A stretch of DNA of 64,000 bases from Eledone cirrhosa (Eukaryota): the NCBI GenBank assembly GCA_964016885.1, contig OZ024742.1, positions 30,318,001 to 30,382,000 of the forward strand, in the 5' to 3' direction. How positions within the stretch are numbered: the first letter of the stretch is position 1; every line of letters starts with the position of its first letter. The notes under the pieces were generated by a model, which saw only the letters and a list, made by a program, of their open reading frames with translations, was not told where the DNA came from and searched no databases. Position numbers and translations under genes: made by a program. Of the stretch, positions 13,212 to 25,730 are shown in pieces.

Positions 13212-13852
13212 CACCCCCCCTCCCCTAGTCTTTGATAGATTTGGCGGACTCCGCCCTTTATAGCAGTGGGCTTAGACCCCGGATACTTTCCCCCTTTTTC
13301 CGACCGCTCCCACTATTCTCTGTGCCCTCTATATTTCTTAGTGGCACATGCCTTATTTTTTCGTTTCATTATTTCTTGCTTCGCTTTTCTTCTGGGCGGG
13401 GTGGATTCTGAATTTATTTCTCCGTATTCTACCTTTATTTCGTACGAACTTTCATGTAGCTTGTTTTAGATCTTTTAGAGTTAGCATTAGTATATATTTT
13501 TCTCGGGACTCAGAATTATTATCTCGTACAAGTTCACTTTGCTGCACTGGGTCGTTGCTGGCCCGGGATGGAAACCTTTATTGTTTATTTCGTGGTAGTC
13601 TCTTTAGTATGTTGGCCCCTTTTGTTGACCCGTCACCGTATCATTTACGTACTTATACCTCTTAAAAGGGTCCTTGCCTTATCCGTCCCACCTAGTTCTC
13701 TTACTTATTTCCTTATTTATTCATTTATTTATTTTTTTACTTCTTTCTTTCTTTCTTTATTTTATTCTCGCCTAACAATAGCCTGACACCTAGGTCGTAG
13801 AATTTAATTTACTTTACTTTTCTTTACACTTATTTGCCTTTCTTCACTCTCA

Positions 13853-13887
<35 letters not shown>

Positions 13888-14128
13888 CTTTCCTATTTCT
13901 ATCCCCCATTGTTCTACCTACCGTTCCGACTTCCTCCCCCTCCCCCTCCCCTGTATCTTCTTTGACCTCATGCCCAGCTGTAGCTGGCACTACCAACGCT
14001 TGATTGGGTCTACTCCACCCCCTCCCCTCTTTCTCCTACTGGCAGGTTTAGCCACCATCTCCCCTACTAATTTGCAACCACAGAATTACTACTGATTTTT
14101 GACAATCACTTTGACCATATATGGAATT

Positions 14129-14222
14129 ACCCCTTGAGAAGATCGGCTATTTAAATACCAGGATAAATTTTCATTTAGTCCAGAATTAGCCGTCGAAACG
14201 GCTTGAGCTCAGCTGTCGGGGT
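14129..14222 (+). ncRNA. Hammerhead ribozyme, U3-A8 variant
   Basis: acccc-TTGAGAA-gatcggcta...tagccgtc-GAAA-cggct-tgagctc-agctGTC-ggggt. Confidence 0.8.
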
Positions 14223-14394
14223 CTTACTGGTTCCTATATATATATATATATATATTGCAGAAGATAACGTCTACATGGTTGTTACGCTGTAACTTAGTGA
14301 GGATAAGCCGGTTCGAAAAAATAAAGCAAAACAAACTCAGGGATGCAAAAATACAAAGTCTTACAAGGATCACGTTTAGGAGGAAGTGGAAAGG

Positions 14395-14431
14395 GTTTTA
14401 CGTTTCGGACGTAAGTCTTTCGTCAGGAAAT
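14395..14431 (-). ncRNA. Minimal hammerhead in a PLE remnant (~14255-14460)
   Basis: tttc-CTGACGA-aagac-ttac-gtcc-GAAA-cGTA-aaa; resembles 35054-35089. Confidence 0.65.
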
Positions 14432-14744
14432 AGAGAATTCAGATAGGGAGAGAACTAGTAGGTACACACACACACAGATATACATATATATATATATGAG
14501 AGACAGAGTGAGAGAGAGGGGGTGAGAGAGTGAGAGAGAGGGGTGAGAGAGGGAGAGAGAAGGGGAGAGAGAGAGGAGGGTCTGCTTCCAAATAGCAAAT
14601 ATGAACATTTCATTTGACCAGTTCCCATTTCAAATTCAGCTGAAAATATTTCTCAACATTTTAAATATTTGCAGTATAGTTGCTTAGATCGTTCACGAAG
14701 CAAATTTATTGTTGATACTGGTTCGTTGGAGTATGTTATGATGC

Positions 14745-15045
14745 GTTGGTCCTCTGTCGGTTATGACGACAATTGTTCCAGTTGTTCGAACAATTTAACC
14801 ATCTGCTCATAAAATTAACGTGCAACCAGGTTAGCATTCCACAGACACGAGTACTTTTAAAGTAGTTCTCAGGGAGATTCAGTCGGCCACGGTGAATAAC
14901 AAATACAACTCATTTTTGCCAGCTGAGTGGACTGGAACAGCGTGAAATAAAGTGTCTTGCTCAAGGACGTAATGCGCCGCTGGGAATCGAACACAGGACC
15001 TTACAATCGGGAGTCGAGTACCCTAACCATAAAGCCACCCGCTTT
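14745..15045 (-). mobile_element. tRNA-derived SINE (family 2)
   Basis: Minus: ggctttatggttagggt...gttcgattccc...ccttgagcaagacactttatttcac. Confidence 0.8.
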
Positions 15046-15357
15046 CTCTAAATAGTTTCCTTCCATTGATAACACAGTTTTACTCAATATGCTGATGCGT
15101 TTTAAATATACCCCCCCCCCCCATCCGTTAATAGTTTAGAATGTAGAACCGCCATATTTTTTCAGTCCCTTTCAGAATGTAAATGTTTTCTTACCCCCCT
15201 CTATATTGCTTACAGCGAGTTATTTCATTACAACGACACTGCATTAATCTCCTTGCTGTTCCTTCCTTTATACACACCGGTATTCATATTCAAATATGTG
15301 TAATTACATATCTTCGTGTGGTCTCCAGCGATAATGTCAGTAACGTTAACTACAGGA

Positions 15358-15795
15358 ATGGCTGTTGTTGTTGTGGTGACTGTTGTTGTTCTTATGGATG
15401 TTGTTGTTGTGGCTGTTGTTGATGCTGTAAGGGTTGTTGTTGTGGTGGTGGTGGTGGCTGTTGTTGTTGTGGTGATGGCTGTTGTTGTGGTGGCTGCTGT
15501 TGTTGTGGTGGCTGTTGTTGTTATGGTGGTGGCTGTTGTTGTTGTGGTGGTGGCTTTTGTTGTTGTGGTGGTGTCTGTTGTTGTTATGGCTGTTGTGGTG
15601 ACTGCTGTTGTTGTTATGGCTGTTGTGGTGTGCTGTTGTTGTTGTGGCTGTTGTTGTTGCTCTGGTGGTGTCTGTTGTTGCTGTAGTGGTGGCTGTTGTT
15701 GTGGTTGTTGTTGTTGTTGCAGTGATGGCTGTTGCTGTGATGAATGTCGTAGAGGCTGTTATTGTTGTTGTTATTGTTGGCGTTGTTGGCGTTGT
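15358..15795. repeat. Degenerate (GTT/GTG/GCT)n
   Basis: Trinucleotide repeats. Confidence 0.9.
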
Positions 15796-16111
15796 TTCCC
15801 TTACTCTCATCGAAAAAGGTCTGAGATTTAATAGTAGCTTAAAGAAATTGGAAACATTCTTTTCAAACTGTAATTTTAAATTGTTTTCAAACTGTATATA
15901 TTCTACATGTATCTCTGTCGGAGCAGTTTGATGGTGTATGAAAGATGAGTAATGGTGAGGACTGTCATGGCGGGTCTTTAGCAATTGTATCAACGTTACA
16001 AAATGGCGACTTTTCACTGGTTTAGAATGTTTTAAGAAAAACGACAACTATCACAGGTGTTGGAACAATAATTGCAATCTCTGTGACAGCCAGTAGTTAT
16101 GTAACTATATA

Positions 16112-16302
16112 ATTGTTTTTCCATTTGGCACAAGGCCAGCAATTACCCAGTGCATTACTGGTATTTTATTTTATCGACCCTGTAAGGATGAAAAGCAAAG
16201 TTAACCTCGGCGGGATTTGAACTCAGAATGGCGAGGGCCGTAACTCTATGCGTCAAAGCATGGCGTCCGACCCTCTATCGGTACTGCCAATCGACTGCCC
16301 TC
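16112..16302 (-). mobile_element. tRNA-derived SINE (family 1)
   Basis: ttggcacaaggccagcaat...ttatcgaccc...gatttgaactcag; B-box gagttcaaatcc on minus; many copies in window. Confidence 0.85.
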
Positions 16303-16344
16303 CATTATGTAACTATATAATGTACTCTCGGGTCCCATATAATA

Positions 16345-16692
16345 GGAGGGGGCCGGAATAAGTGGGGGTGAGATAAGAGAGACGTAGAATGAGTGAGGTG
16401 TGGGATAAGTGGGGGTGGTATAAGTAGGGGTAAGCGGGATGGTGGGAATATGTGTGGGTGGAATAAGTGGGGGGTAAGCGAGGTGGTGGGAATATGTGTG
16501 GGGGGAATAAGAGAGGGTGGAATAAGTTGGAGGGATAAGAGAGGGTGGAATAATTGGGGAGTGGGATAAGTGGGTGGGTAAATGGGGATGTTAGAATAAT
16601 TGGGGGTGGAATAAGTGGGGGATAAGTGGGGGTGGGATAAGTGGGGAGATGAGTCGGAGGAGTTGGAATAAGTGGGGGGATAAGGGGGGTAT
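16345..16692. repeat. G-rich degenerate tandem repeat (ggaataagtggggg)
   Basis: ~14-16-bp units. Confidence 0.8.
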
Positions 16693-16849
16693 TGGTAATT
16701 TTTCTAAGTTGTCCCCGTTCATTTTTTTTAAAAACCAGAATTAGTCGTTTAGTTTACATTTGAGACCTCAACCCATCCTATTTATTTTATAAGGTATGTG
16801 ATTTCTAGTAAAGTACTTTTGTTGTCATGTATAATGTTTTTTAATGTAT

Positions 16850-17210
16850 TCCTTCTTGCAGTATCTTTGAATCTCAGTCTAGGTCTTCGCTATTTTCTAT
16901 TCTCCGTACATGGCTAGGAGTTAAGGAGTTGTCTGGGGAGTCTGATGTTGTCAATCCTGTGTACGTGTCTCAGTCATTGTAAGTTTCTATCAATAAAGAT
17001 CTCCATCATAGAAGATAGATCAGCTCGCCGGGGGATCTCTTCACTCCTGATCTTGTCAGAGTAATATTCATGATTTGCAGCAGCTACCTCATCATATATG
17101 CATGTAACTTGTCTACTTAAGCTTTATAGACTGTCCAGCTTTCAGCTACATACAGTAAAGAAAATACTATAGCCCGGTATACCTTACATTTGACTCATAT
17201 AGAGAAACAA
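16850..17210 (-). pseudogene. RTE-clade LINE RT C-terminal fragment
   Basis: Manual: VKCKVYRAIVFSLLYVAESWTVY...RPRLRFKD. Confidence 0.7.
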
Positions 17211-17959
17211 ATTCTTCAAGGTCAGGACTAACCTAGAACTAAACAAACTAAACTAATATATTTTTGTATTATATCTTATTTTATTATTTTATCCTTGGAC
17301 GCAGTATGACCGAATTGTTAAGAAGTTCGCCGGTTTAACCTCGATCAAGCAGACTTAAGATGTATATACGCCTAGTGAGATCCTATAGAACTAACATTGT
17401 AATAATAGGGTAGTAAATACTGATTATGAATGAAATATAGAAAATGGAAAAATGAGAAAATAGATAAAAGAGGAAAAAATAGGGAAGAAAAGAAGAGAAG
17501 AGAAAAAGCAGAGAAAAATATAGAAAGAAGAAAAAAAGGTTTAGAACGATCAGATTTTCAAAGAAGCATATGAATAATATATGTAAATGAAAAATAGAAA
17601 TATGAAGATAAAAGTAGAAGAAAGAAGAAAAAATCAAAAGAGATAACTCGATCATATAATATACTGATTTAAAGAAAACTTATGTGAACGATATAGATGA
17701 ATAAAAGAAAACCAAGAGAAATGAATAAAGAGAAAGTGAGGAAAGAGAAAGCAAAGGAAGGCGGAATAAATATATTTTAGAACGATCGTATATCTTGATT
17801 GTATAAAAGCCATATGAACGAGAATTGTAAAGCGTTATAAACTTATAAAGATAGAAAGTTATTGACTTGTAAATTCACGAAGATATGGTTTAGGGGGGAT
17901 AACTCTGTGATATTTTTAACATAATTAACGATGCAGGTTTTGTGATGCTTGTAATTCTT

Positions 17960-18530
17960 TAATAGAATTTACTATTTGTGTCTGCAAAATGAAATTAGTT
18001 CTACATTTCTATTGTGTATATTTTCATTGTGAAATGTAAAAATTGCAAATAATAGTGTGTTGGCTATAAGCTTTTGTGTAATCCACAATTTCCTATCCAG
18101 AGTCAAATTTGTAGGATAATTTTTATTCCCAAATATAATTACCATCAGAGTTACTGAAGGTTTTTCTGTGTTGACCGTACCTCAATTTGAGCTGGTTTAC
18201 TGTTAGTCCAATTGGTCTGTTAATGAGAGACAAGCCTATGTTGTAAACAACAGAAGCCGTTAAATATTTACCATTTGAAGAACATGTTTCAATATTTAAA
18301 CAATTGTGAATTTCATTGGGGTTCGGAGTAGCTGAAATTCTGCTTTCTTTGTTGTTGATATTAGAAAAGTGTTGGTATAATTGACTTTTATAGAATTAAT
18401 GCTTGATATCCTTCGAAAGTTTTGAGGACTGGGAAAATATTTGTGGTTTAAGAAATGTCTGCTTACGTTAAGATTATAAGGAGGATTGTACCATAATATA
18501 ATGTGTTTTCTACTGATTCGGCTAAGAGTT
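17960..18530 (-). pseudogene. Decayed PLE linker/GIY-YIG coding remnant
   Basis: Manual with frameshifts: IIWYNP...CLNIETCSSNGKYLTASVVY...IGLTVNQLKLRYGQH...NRNVELISFCRHK. Confidence 0.7.
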
Positions 18531-18659
18531 AGTTTTTATACATTTATCGTGTCTTTGAGGCCATCAGGTAATAAAGTGTTATTATATTGATCTTCTATAT
18601 TATTGATGTATATGTGTGTAAATATGTATATATACATATACACAAGTACACACATATAC

Positions 18660-18763
<104 letters not shown>

Positions 18764-18889
18764 GCATGTAAATGTATGTTTGTATCTATACAACAATGCT
18801 AGTCAACATATATAACTAACTGCCACTGGTTTCACGGTATCACACTTCAGGGCTTGCTTCACTCAACTTAGTATAGAAATATTAGAAAT

Positions 18890-19025
18890 ATTTTATCGAC
18901 CCGAAAGGATGAATGGCAAAGTAGACCTTGCCTTGGCAGTTTTTGAACTCAAGACTCAAAGATCCGGAATAATTGGTACAAAGCATTTTCTCCGACACTC
19001 AAACGATTCTGCCAATCAACCGCAC
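18890..19025 (-). mobile_element. SINE family 1, partial
   Basis: ttttatcgacccgaaaggatg...tttgaactc. Confidence 0.75.
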
Positions 19026-19182
19026 TTTTGACAACAACAACAACAACAACAACAATAATAATAATAATAATAATAATAATTATAATAATTATAATTATAA
19101 TTATAATAATAATAATGTTTTCTTTATTAACCACAAGGGTTTACATAAAGTAGACATAATTATAATAATAATAATAATAATA

Positions 19183-19371
19183 ATTGTTTCTACTTTTGGC
19201 ACAAGGCCAGCAATTACCCAGTGTATTACTGGTACTTTATTTTATCGACCCCGTAAGGATGAAAGGCAAAGTTAACCTCGGCGGGATTTGAACTCAGAAT
19301 GGCAAGGGCCGTAACTCTATGCGTCAAAGCATGGCGTCCGACCCTCTACCGATACTGCCAAGTCACCGCCC
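19183..19371 (-). mobile_element. SINE family 1
   Basis: Close match to 16112-16302. Confidence 0.85.
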
Positions 19372-19665
19372 TTAATATAATAATAATGATTTCATTTATT
19401 AACCACAAGGGCCGACATATAGGGGACAATACAAAAGACTGGGACAGTGGGGTTTTACAGAAAAATCGAGTAAACAATATGAATAACAATAACAAAGTAA
19501 CAATAACAAAGTAACAATAAAGTAACAAGAAAATTACAAGAAAAAATTCCCCAATAGGGGGGATGACCACCCAGGGATCGCTCAGGTACCCCACCAATCC
19601 TGAACGACACGACGCTTCGAGAGCACCCTGGAAGGGCACCCCCTCTCCTCCTCAAATTTACCTAC

Positions 19666-22600
19666 CTACAGCCGCATGGCCAGAGTAGGCCCACTCACAC
19701 GGGCCATTCTCGCCACATTCACCCACCTTTCAGCAAATGTACTGGGGGGTATCACTTCTCTCTCCACCCTCACCTTCCTTTCCAGGTGAAACTTGAAAAC
19801 GTTGATGAGGGATTGGCCGAAGAGAAAAGTGTCTGTCTTCAGTCCTTTCAACCTCGTCCACCATACAACCTCTTTCGCTACTGCCACCAGACAGAGGAAA
19901 ATTACCTGCCCTTCCTGGCCAAAAGAAGGCGGCGGGTCGATCTTCACTATGAACTCGGCCGATAGCTGGATCCGTTCTACACGCGACAACAGCTGTTCAA
20001 CATAACTCCACAAGTCAGTAATGCACGGACACTAGACGAGTGCGCGCAGAACGGTTTCGTCACCCTGCGCGCATCTCGGGCAGGTCCGTCTGACAGCACT
20101 TCCGTGCCTGTAGAGTTTATCTCGAACCGGCAGTGACCCCCCGGTAGCACTGCCAAGCGAAGGATTTTTGGAAAATATCCATCGTCCCCGGCTCGAAAGT
20201 CCTCCGGTACAGTTCGACTTCGTTGACTCCCAGAGCCTCTCCGAGTGCGTCGTCGCACTTGCCCATCACTAATCCTCTATAGAACTCGAGAGTGGAAGTT
20301 CCACTGACCGCATTGCCCGCCTGGTAGAGGACAGTGAGTGCCTGGCAACATTCCAGATGCCAGTCACCCAGTCTCGGTCTCTTCTTGACCCAGGACTGCA
20401 GCTCAGTCAAAGAAACGAGCTGTGGAAAGGCCCGTCTGACAAACGGCGACCACACCTGTTCACCGTTTAAGCAGAATATCTGGAGATGCCGCAGCCTCTA
20501 TTACCCACTCCATCTTGGAGCGGCGTGAACGGGGGAAAGGGACGACGGTCAGACGGTAGTAGATGACGGACGCGATGTACGCGTTCGCCACCTCCGCCCG
20601 ACCTTTCAGTGATAGCTTCATCCCAGCCCATTTCTGGGTGAGACTGGCTACCCTGCCTGTCACCTCGTCCCAATTCTTATCCACCTGGAGGTCTGGCCCG
20701 AACCAAACCCATAGTAATTTTACCGGTCCGTCTGTCCAGCGCCTAACGACGCTGTTGGACGGCATGGCCTTGCCTCTCCAGGTGCCGAGTTGCAAGCCCA
20801 CCGACTTTTCCGGGTTAAGTTTTGCTCTCGTCAACCTTTCATATTCCTCCAATAAGTTGCCGACCACCTCGATTTCTAAGGTGTCCGACACCATCACGGT
20901 GATGTCGTCCCCATAAGCCGACACAGCCTTTCCGCGTCCCAGTTCGAGCGGGATGCCCTGCAACAGCTCCAGCTTCCGCAGTAAAGGCTCGAGAGTCAAT
21001 ACGTACAGAAGGGAGGAGAGAGGGCACCCTTGACGGACCGATCGAGAGACTTGAAACGGTTCCGAGAGGTGGCCATCAATTTTGACCATCGAGCAGGTGC
21101 CGCTGAGCATTGCAGCGATCTAGCTTTTGAAGTCGGGGCCGAAGCCAGCCGCCTTGAGGACTGCCTCCAGGTACCGATGGTCGACTCTATCAATGCTTTC
21201 GATTGATCTAAATTGATCAGAGCCCCACCGAAGCCAGGTTTACACCCTACCCTCTCTATGATGTATCGCATTAGGTGGAGGTTGTCGTGTATGGACCTGG
21301 TTGGGATTGCGCAAGTTTGCGCCTCCCCAACCAAATCCCCGACGACAAGCGCCAACCTCTTCGCTAACACCCTGGCCAAAATCTTAAACTCTGTATTGAG
21401 CAGAGTTTTGGGCCTGAAATTGTTTGATGTGTCCCTCTTGTTCTTGTCTTTCCATATCAGCGTCACTACGCCCCGGCTCACAGAACTGGGAATACTCCTG
21501 TTTTGCTGCCAGTTGCAGTAGAGGGTTTCGAGGAGATTGGAGAACAAGTCTGGCATATTTACGTAAAGCTCGTAGGGCAGACCATCCAAACCGGGTGACT
21601 TGCGCCTCATGCAACCGACAAGGGCATCCTGAATCTCGGCTGAAGTAATTGGCCTTTAGCAGCGCCCAGCGTCAGCCGTCGAGAGTTGCGGCAAGCCATC
21701 GAGGTAGGGACTGAAGTCCGCCACCATCTCTGACCTACCACTTCCCCCCGAACAACCGAGCAAAATGTTGGCGAAAGGCCTCACATATCCGCTTAGAATC
21801 GCTCAGCTCGTGCCCGTCTCGGTCCGTCAAAGACCGAATCGTGGTTTTATTACCACTCTGCGCCTCTGCCACGCGGGCCCATCGAACAGCTTTGGTTCCC
21901 TCGTTTCTCAGAGCACGCGCCTTAGCTCTGACAATGCAACCTTCGTGTTTCGCATTGAAGAAATAGTCTAATGCCATTCTCGCCGCTAGCACGTCAGTTG
22001 CAATAGCCTCATCTAACTTATCTACCAACTCCCCCTCCTTTCTATTTTTCTCTAACGCTACTTCTTTGTTAAACTCTATCGACATTACTCTTTTAGCAGT
22101 ATTAGTTATAGATGTTATCGCCACTTTAGCAGGGTGGTAGAATCAGTGGTCGTTAGTTGCCAGTGTGGTAAGTGATAGTATCCTCGTTGGATTATCTTGT
22201 TGACATAGACGTGAGGGAAGGTCCCTCGATCTATTTACCATCTATTTACAATATTCCTTTCGTCAGGTCGCCAATTCCAGCAGCATGGATTAAAGATGTT
22301 ATTGAGACACGAGTAACATAATAACGACTTCAACCGCAGTAATTAGAGATGAAATGTTTGTTTATTTATATGGTTGAAGTTACAGATAAAAAGAGGTTAC
22401 AAAAGGGAATGTGCCATTGCGCCGTTAAGCCGGCGAGGCTAGGGGTGCAATATCTCACTGCTACATTATGCGTGTTGCTGGCTCGAAGTTTCTGGTACAA
22501 GAGAGAGATTCTTCAAATCTTCGCGGGGAATTTCTTCCTCAGGGCGCGTAGGGATACATCCTCTTCTACTGGCGCTGATTGGCTGAACTGAGCCAAATCA

Positions 22601-23485
22601 CGCACAGAGAATGTATGTGAGCCCGCGGAATGTAGGTCACTACACTCTAATCTCTATTGTTGACGACTCCCTCTGTCAACTTTTTCTTAACTAAACTGTT
22701 GACCTGGTCCCTGTAAGCCTTATGTGCCGGAAATAACATGTTTAGCTTCCAGTAACCAGGTCCTAACCTACGCGTCTTATCAAGGTCGACCATACAGATC
22801 ACAAACTTGTGATCTGAATAGGCGACCGTTTCAAAACGTGGACAGCTTACACTATTTCTGTCTATTTTCCTAATGAATATCCTGTCTATATACGATCTAG
22901 ATGACCCTATGCGGTTAGCCCAGGTCCACACTGGCGCATTAGGGAAATCTAGTCGGTACCTGTCAGACAGTTGGAACTGGCTGATCAGGTTCTTGAGGCT
23001 TTTGCACCCCCCGCTCCTATCGGATACTCCCACACAGTCCCAGCGTGCGTCTAAGATGCCGTTCCAGTCCCCGGCTAACAGTAAAGGGCGAGACGTACCC
23101 AGAAAGGCTTCCAGGCTTCTAAAGAAGTCCGGCCGTCCTTCCCCAGTAGGAGCATAGACGGCCACCAGTCTAAAGGCACTACCTTCGTTATTGTTCACGT
23201 CCAGGACCACCAACTTCCCGTCCGGGTCGCGGAAGATCGTACCTCGAGATCCAGGCTTTTCCTAAACAGCACTGCCACCTCGCCTCCCATTCCCGGTCGG
23301 CTAACAGATGCAAAGATCTGATAGTCGTCGAAAATGGGGGCTAGTGCGCGCGTGTCGGAAATCCTGGTCTCGCTGACGGCAATTACATCCATTTCTATAG
23401 ACCTGAGGTCGTTGAGCAGGTGACCCTGCTTCCAGGACGATCCCAGGCCTCGAACATTTAAACATCCTACTCTTAATACAGCCAT
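19666..23485 (-). pseudogene. ORF2: AP endonuclease + reverse transcriptase (frameshifted, interrupted)
   Basis: CLNVRGL, VSET, AGDWN, YIDRIF, SDH, SPGLDGLP, NFRP, RQGCPLS, YGDDI. Confidence 0.92.
22113..22644 (-). mobile_element. Probable solo LTR inserted in ORF2
   Basis: 532-bp interruption bounded TGT...ACA; AATAAA on minus; no clear TSD. Confidence 0.55.
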
Positions 23486-23516
23486 GTTGGCAGGTTAAAC
23501 AGAGAGAGAGGAAGGT

Positions 23517-25488
23517 TTACTTACCTTCCGGGCTCTTGTGAAGGTCGGGTTGTTCGACCTCCATAGTTAGTGGGGTTTCTTTTGGGAACCCCTTTAAAAG
23601 TCTTGAAGTGGGTTTTACGTTCGGGGTTCCCACGTCCCGAGGAAAGCTGTCTCGTATTTCTTTGAATATGTTGAGCGACATTCGCACCAGAACCAAATCT
23701 TCCGGCACGCGAAATGTGCTCGATTTAAAAATGTCCCCCTCTTTTGGTATATTTTCACTTCGTGCTATGAGGGCCATCAGTTCCTTGTTGGTCCTCCTGA
23801 CAAGCACGAAGTTTTATGTTTTGTTGGTGTGATTTTATTTGTTTGCGTGGCTGTGGTGGTGATGATTTTGGTGGTGTTGTTTCGGTTGAATCTGTGTTTG
23901 TTGTGTATATTTGTTCTTGCGTCTGTTTCGGTTGTTTGCGTTTGGGGGATTCTGGTGATGGTGATGGTGATGGTGGTGTTGATGTTGGTGTTATTGGAGA
24001 GATGTTTGCGTGGGTGGTGTCTGCGTTTTTTTATTGTGGGTGATTTTGTGCTTTGTTCAGTTTTTTTTTTTTCTTTTTGTGTTTCCTTTTTTGTATTTTG
24101 GGGGATTTTGGTTTTCCCTCATTTTCACTACTGGTAGATGAGGGGTCTGTGTCTGTAAGTGTATCTGTATGTATGTTTATGGTTTTATTGGTGTGTGTAT
24201 TTTGGGGGGGAGGGGAAATTTGACAGCTTTCCTCGTTTCCCCCCTGGTTGGTCAATGTTGGTGGTGGTCTTTCTATTGGTGTTGTTGTTGGTGGTTTTGC
24301 CGGTGCTGGTGTTGGTTGTGGTCCTCGCCCCGGCGTCGGCAGCAGTGGAGCCTTTCGACCCCTTGCTTCTTTCAGCAGTTGAGGGCAGAAGGCTCGCAAA
24401 TGGGTTTTTTCCCCCACAAACAAAACACTGCGGCCTTTTGCCTTCGGTCATAATGTGAATGACCGTCCCATTCTGAAGGCGGATGTGGTCCGAGATTGTC
24501 TTCACATACTCGGGCCTGATCTGGAGAAGGATCTCCAGGTCAACCCCGGACCAGTCCTCTCTGGCCGTTCTGGTCACTTCTATAGGGACGGTATCCGTCC
24601 CCTCCACAATCACACATCCCAGAAGCTACCACATGTCAAGTCCTGGTGGGATTCTGGGAATGCGGAGACGGGCCGTTCTTTTTCCCATGTGGGAGGGGTA
24701 CATTATGACCTTTCTGGTTTTGCAAGGAGTCATATCGTGTTTCATAGCGAGGGCTTCTGACTTGAACAACACCGAAATGGTGCCGTACTGTCTGTCCCTC
24801 TCTATGTACTGGGTGTCTTCTCTGATGCACCTCAGCGCGACTTCGACATCTTCTTGTGGGGTTAAAGCTGCCCTTTTGATTTGTGCTGAGATGCATCTAT
24901 AATGCACCATTCTGCGCTCCACTGCCTCAATAGCATCTACCGGGACAGTTAAGTTGGCCCAGGTTTTCTCTTGCTTGATGAGCTTCCATGCCTGGGCCAA
25001 CTTTTCATCTTTGTTTGAGAGGTCCATGTTGAAGCATGGCCTCTTTTTTGCTGCTGCCGCAGCGAAAGTGTTCTTCTTGTTTTCGTTGGGGGTGTTGTTG
25101 TCGTTGTTCTTGTTGGTGTTGTTGTTAGCACTGTCGCTGTTATTATTGTTGTCTTTGTTGCCACCGTTGTTCTCGGTGCAGTTGGTATTGTTGTTGTTGG
25201 TGTTGTCGCTATTTGTTTTCATGTTAGTGGTGTTGATATTGTTGTTGCATATGTTATTTTTTTTTTGTTATCTATATTTTCGTTGTCGCTGTTACTGTCA
25301 TTTTTTTCAAAATTAGAGTTCTCATTGGTATCATTGGTGTCTTTGTTTACATTGTTTGTGGTGGTGTTTGTGTTATCAATGTGTGTTAATTTCGCTGTAA
25401 CGCTCCTCTCAACTTCTACGTCGTTGTCGCACGACAGCAGACATATCGCTGAGGGGCGTAAATTTTTTAACATGTAAAAAAAGTTCAA
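23517..25488 (-). pseudogene. ORF1 gag-like, Asn-rich N-terminus and CCHC knuckle
   Basis: CFVCGG-K-THLRAFCP across a frameshift; lies upstream of ORF2. Confidence 0.75.
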
Positions 25489-25730
25489 ATATTTGGGCCA
25501 AAAGGTACTATCTCAAAAAGTTTCCAGCGATGGTTAAAGAAAATTGGCCCCGCCCCGCTTTTTGGAACACTTCAAAAGGCATGCTTGCTGGGAACAGCAA
25601 GAACCCGCCGATACGTCTTGAATATCTGAGGCTGCAGGTAGTGGCTTGATATTCCTTTCAACAAACTTTCCAGTTAACTAACATCAATGACTGAGACTCA
25701 AAGAACAATAATAATAATAATAATAATAAT

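Larger units (their letters stand above)
11781..14237 (-). mobile_element. 5'-truncated PLE palindrome (arms 11860-12888 / 13212-14237; tail 11781-11859)
   Basis: ~1-kb inverted arms, ORF end in spacer, hammerheads, (TA)n flanks. Confidence 0.9.
19389..25705 (-). mobile_element. Near full-length decayed Tx1/L1-clade LINE in (AAT)n
   Basis: ORF1 + APE-RT ORF2; 3' AATAAA then (ATT)n; (AAT)n at the other flank. Confidence 0.88.

Noticed and set aside
11781-14237. DNA transposon/MITE interpretation of the palindromes
   Set aside because: Asymmetric ends, hammerheads and GIY-YIG remnants favour PLE retrotransposition.
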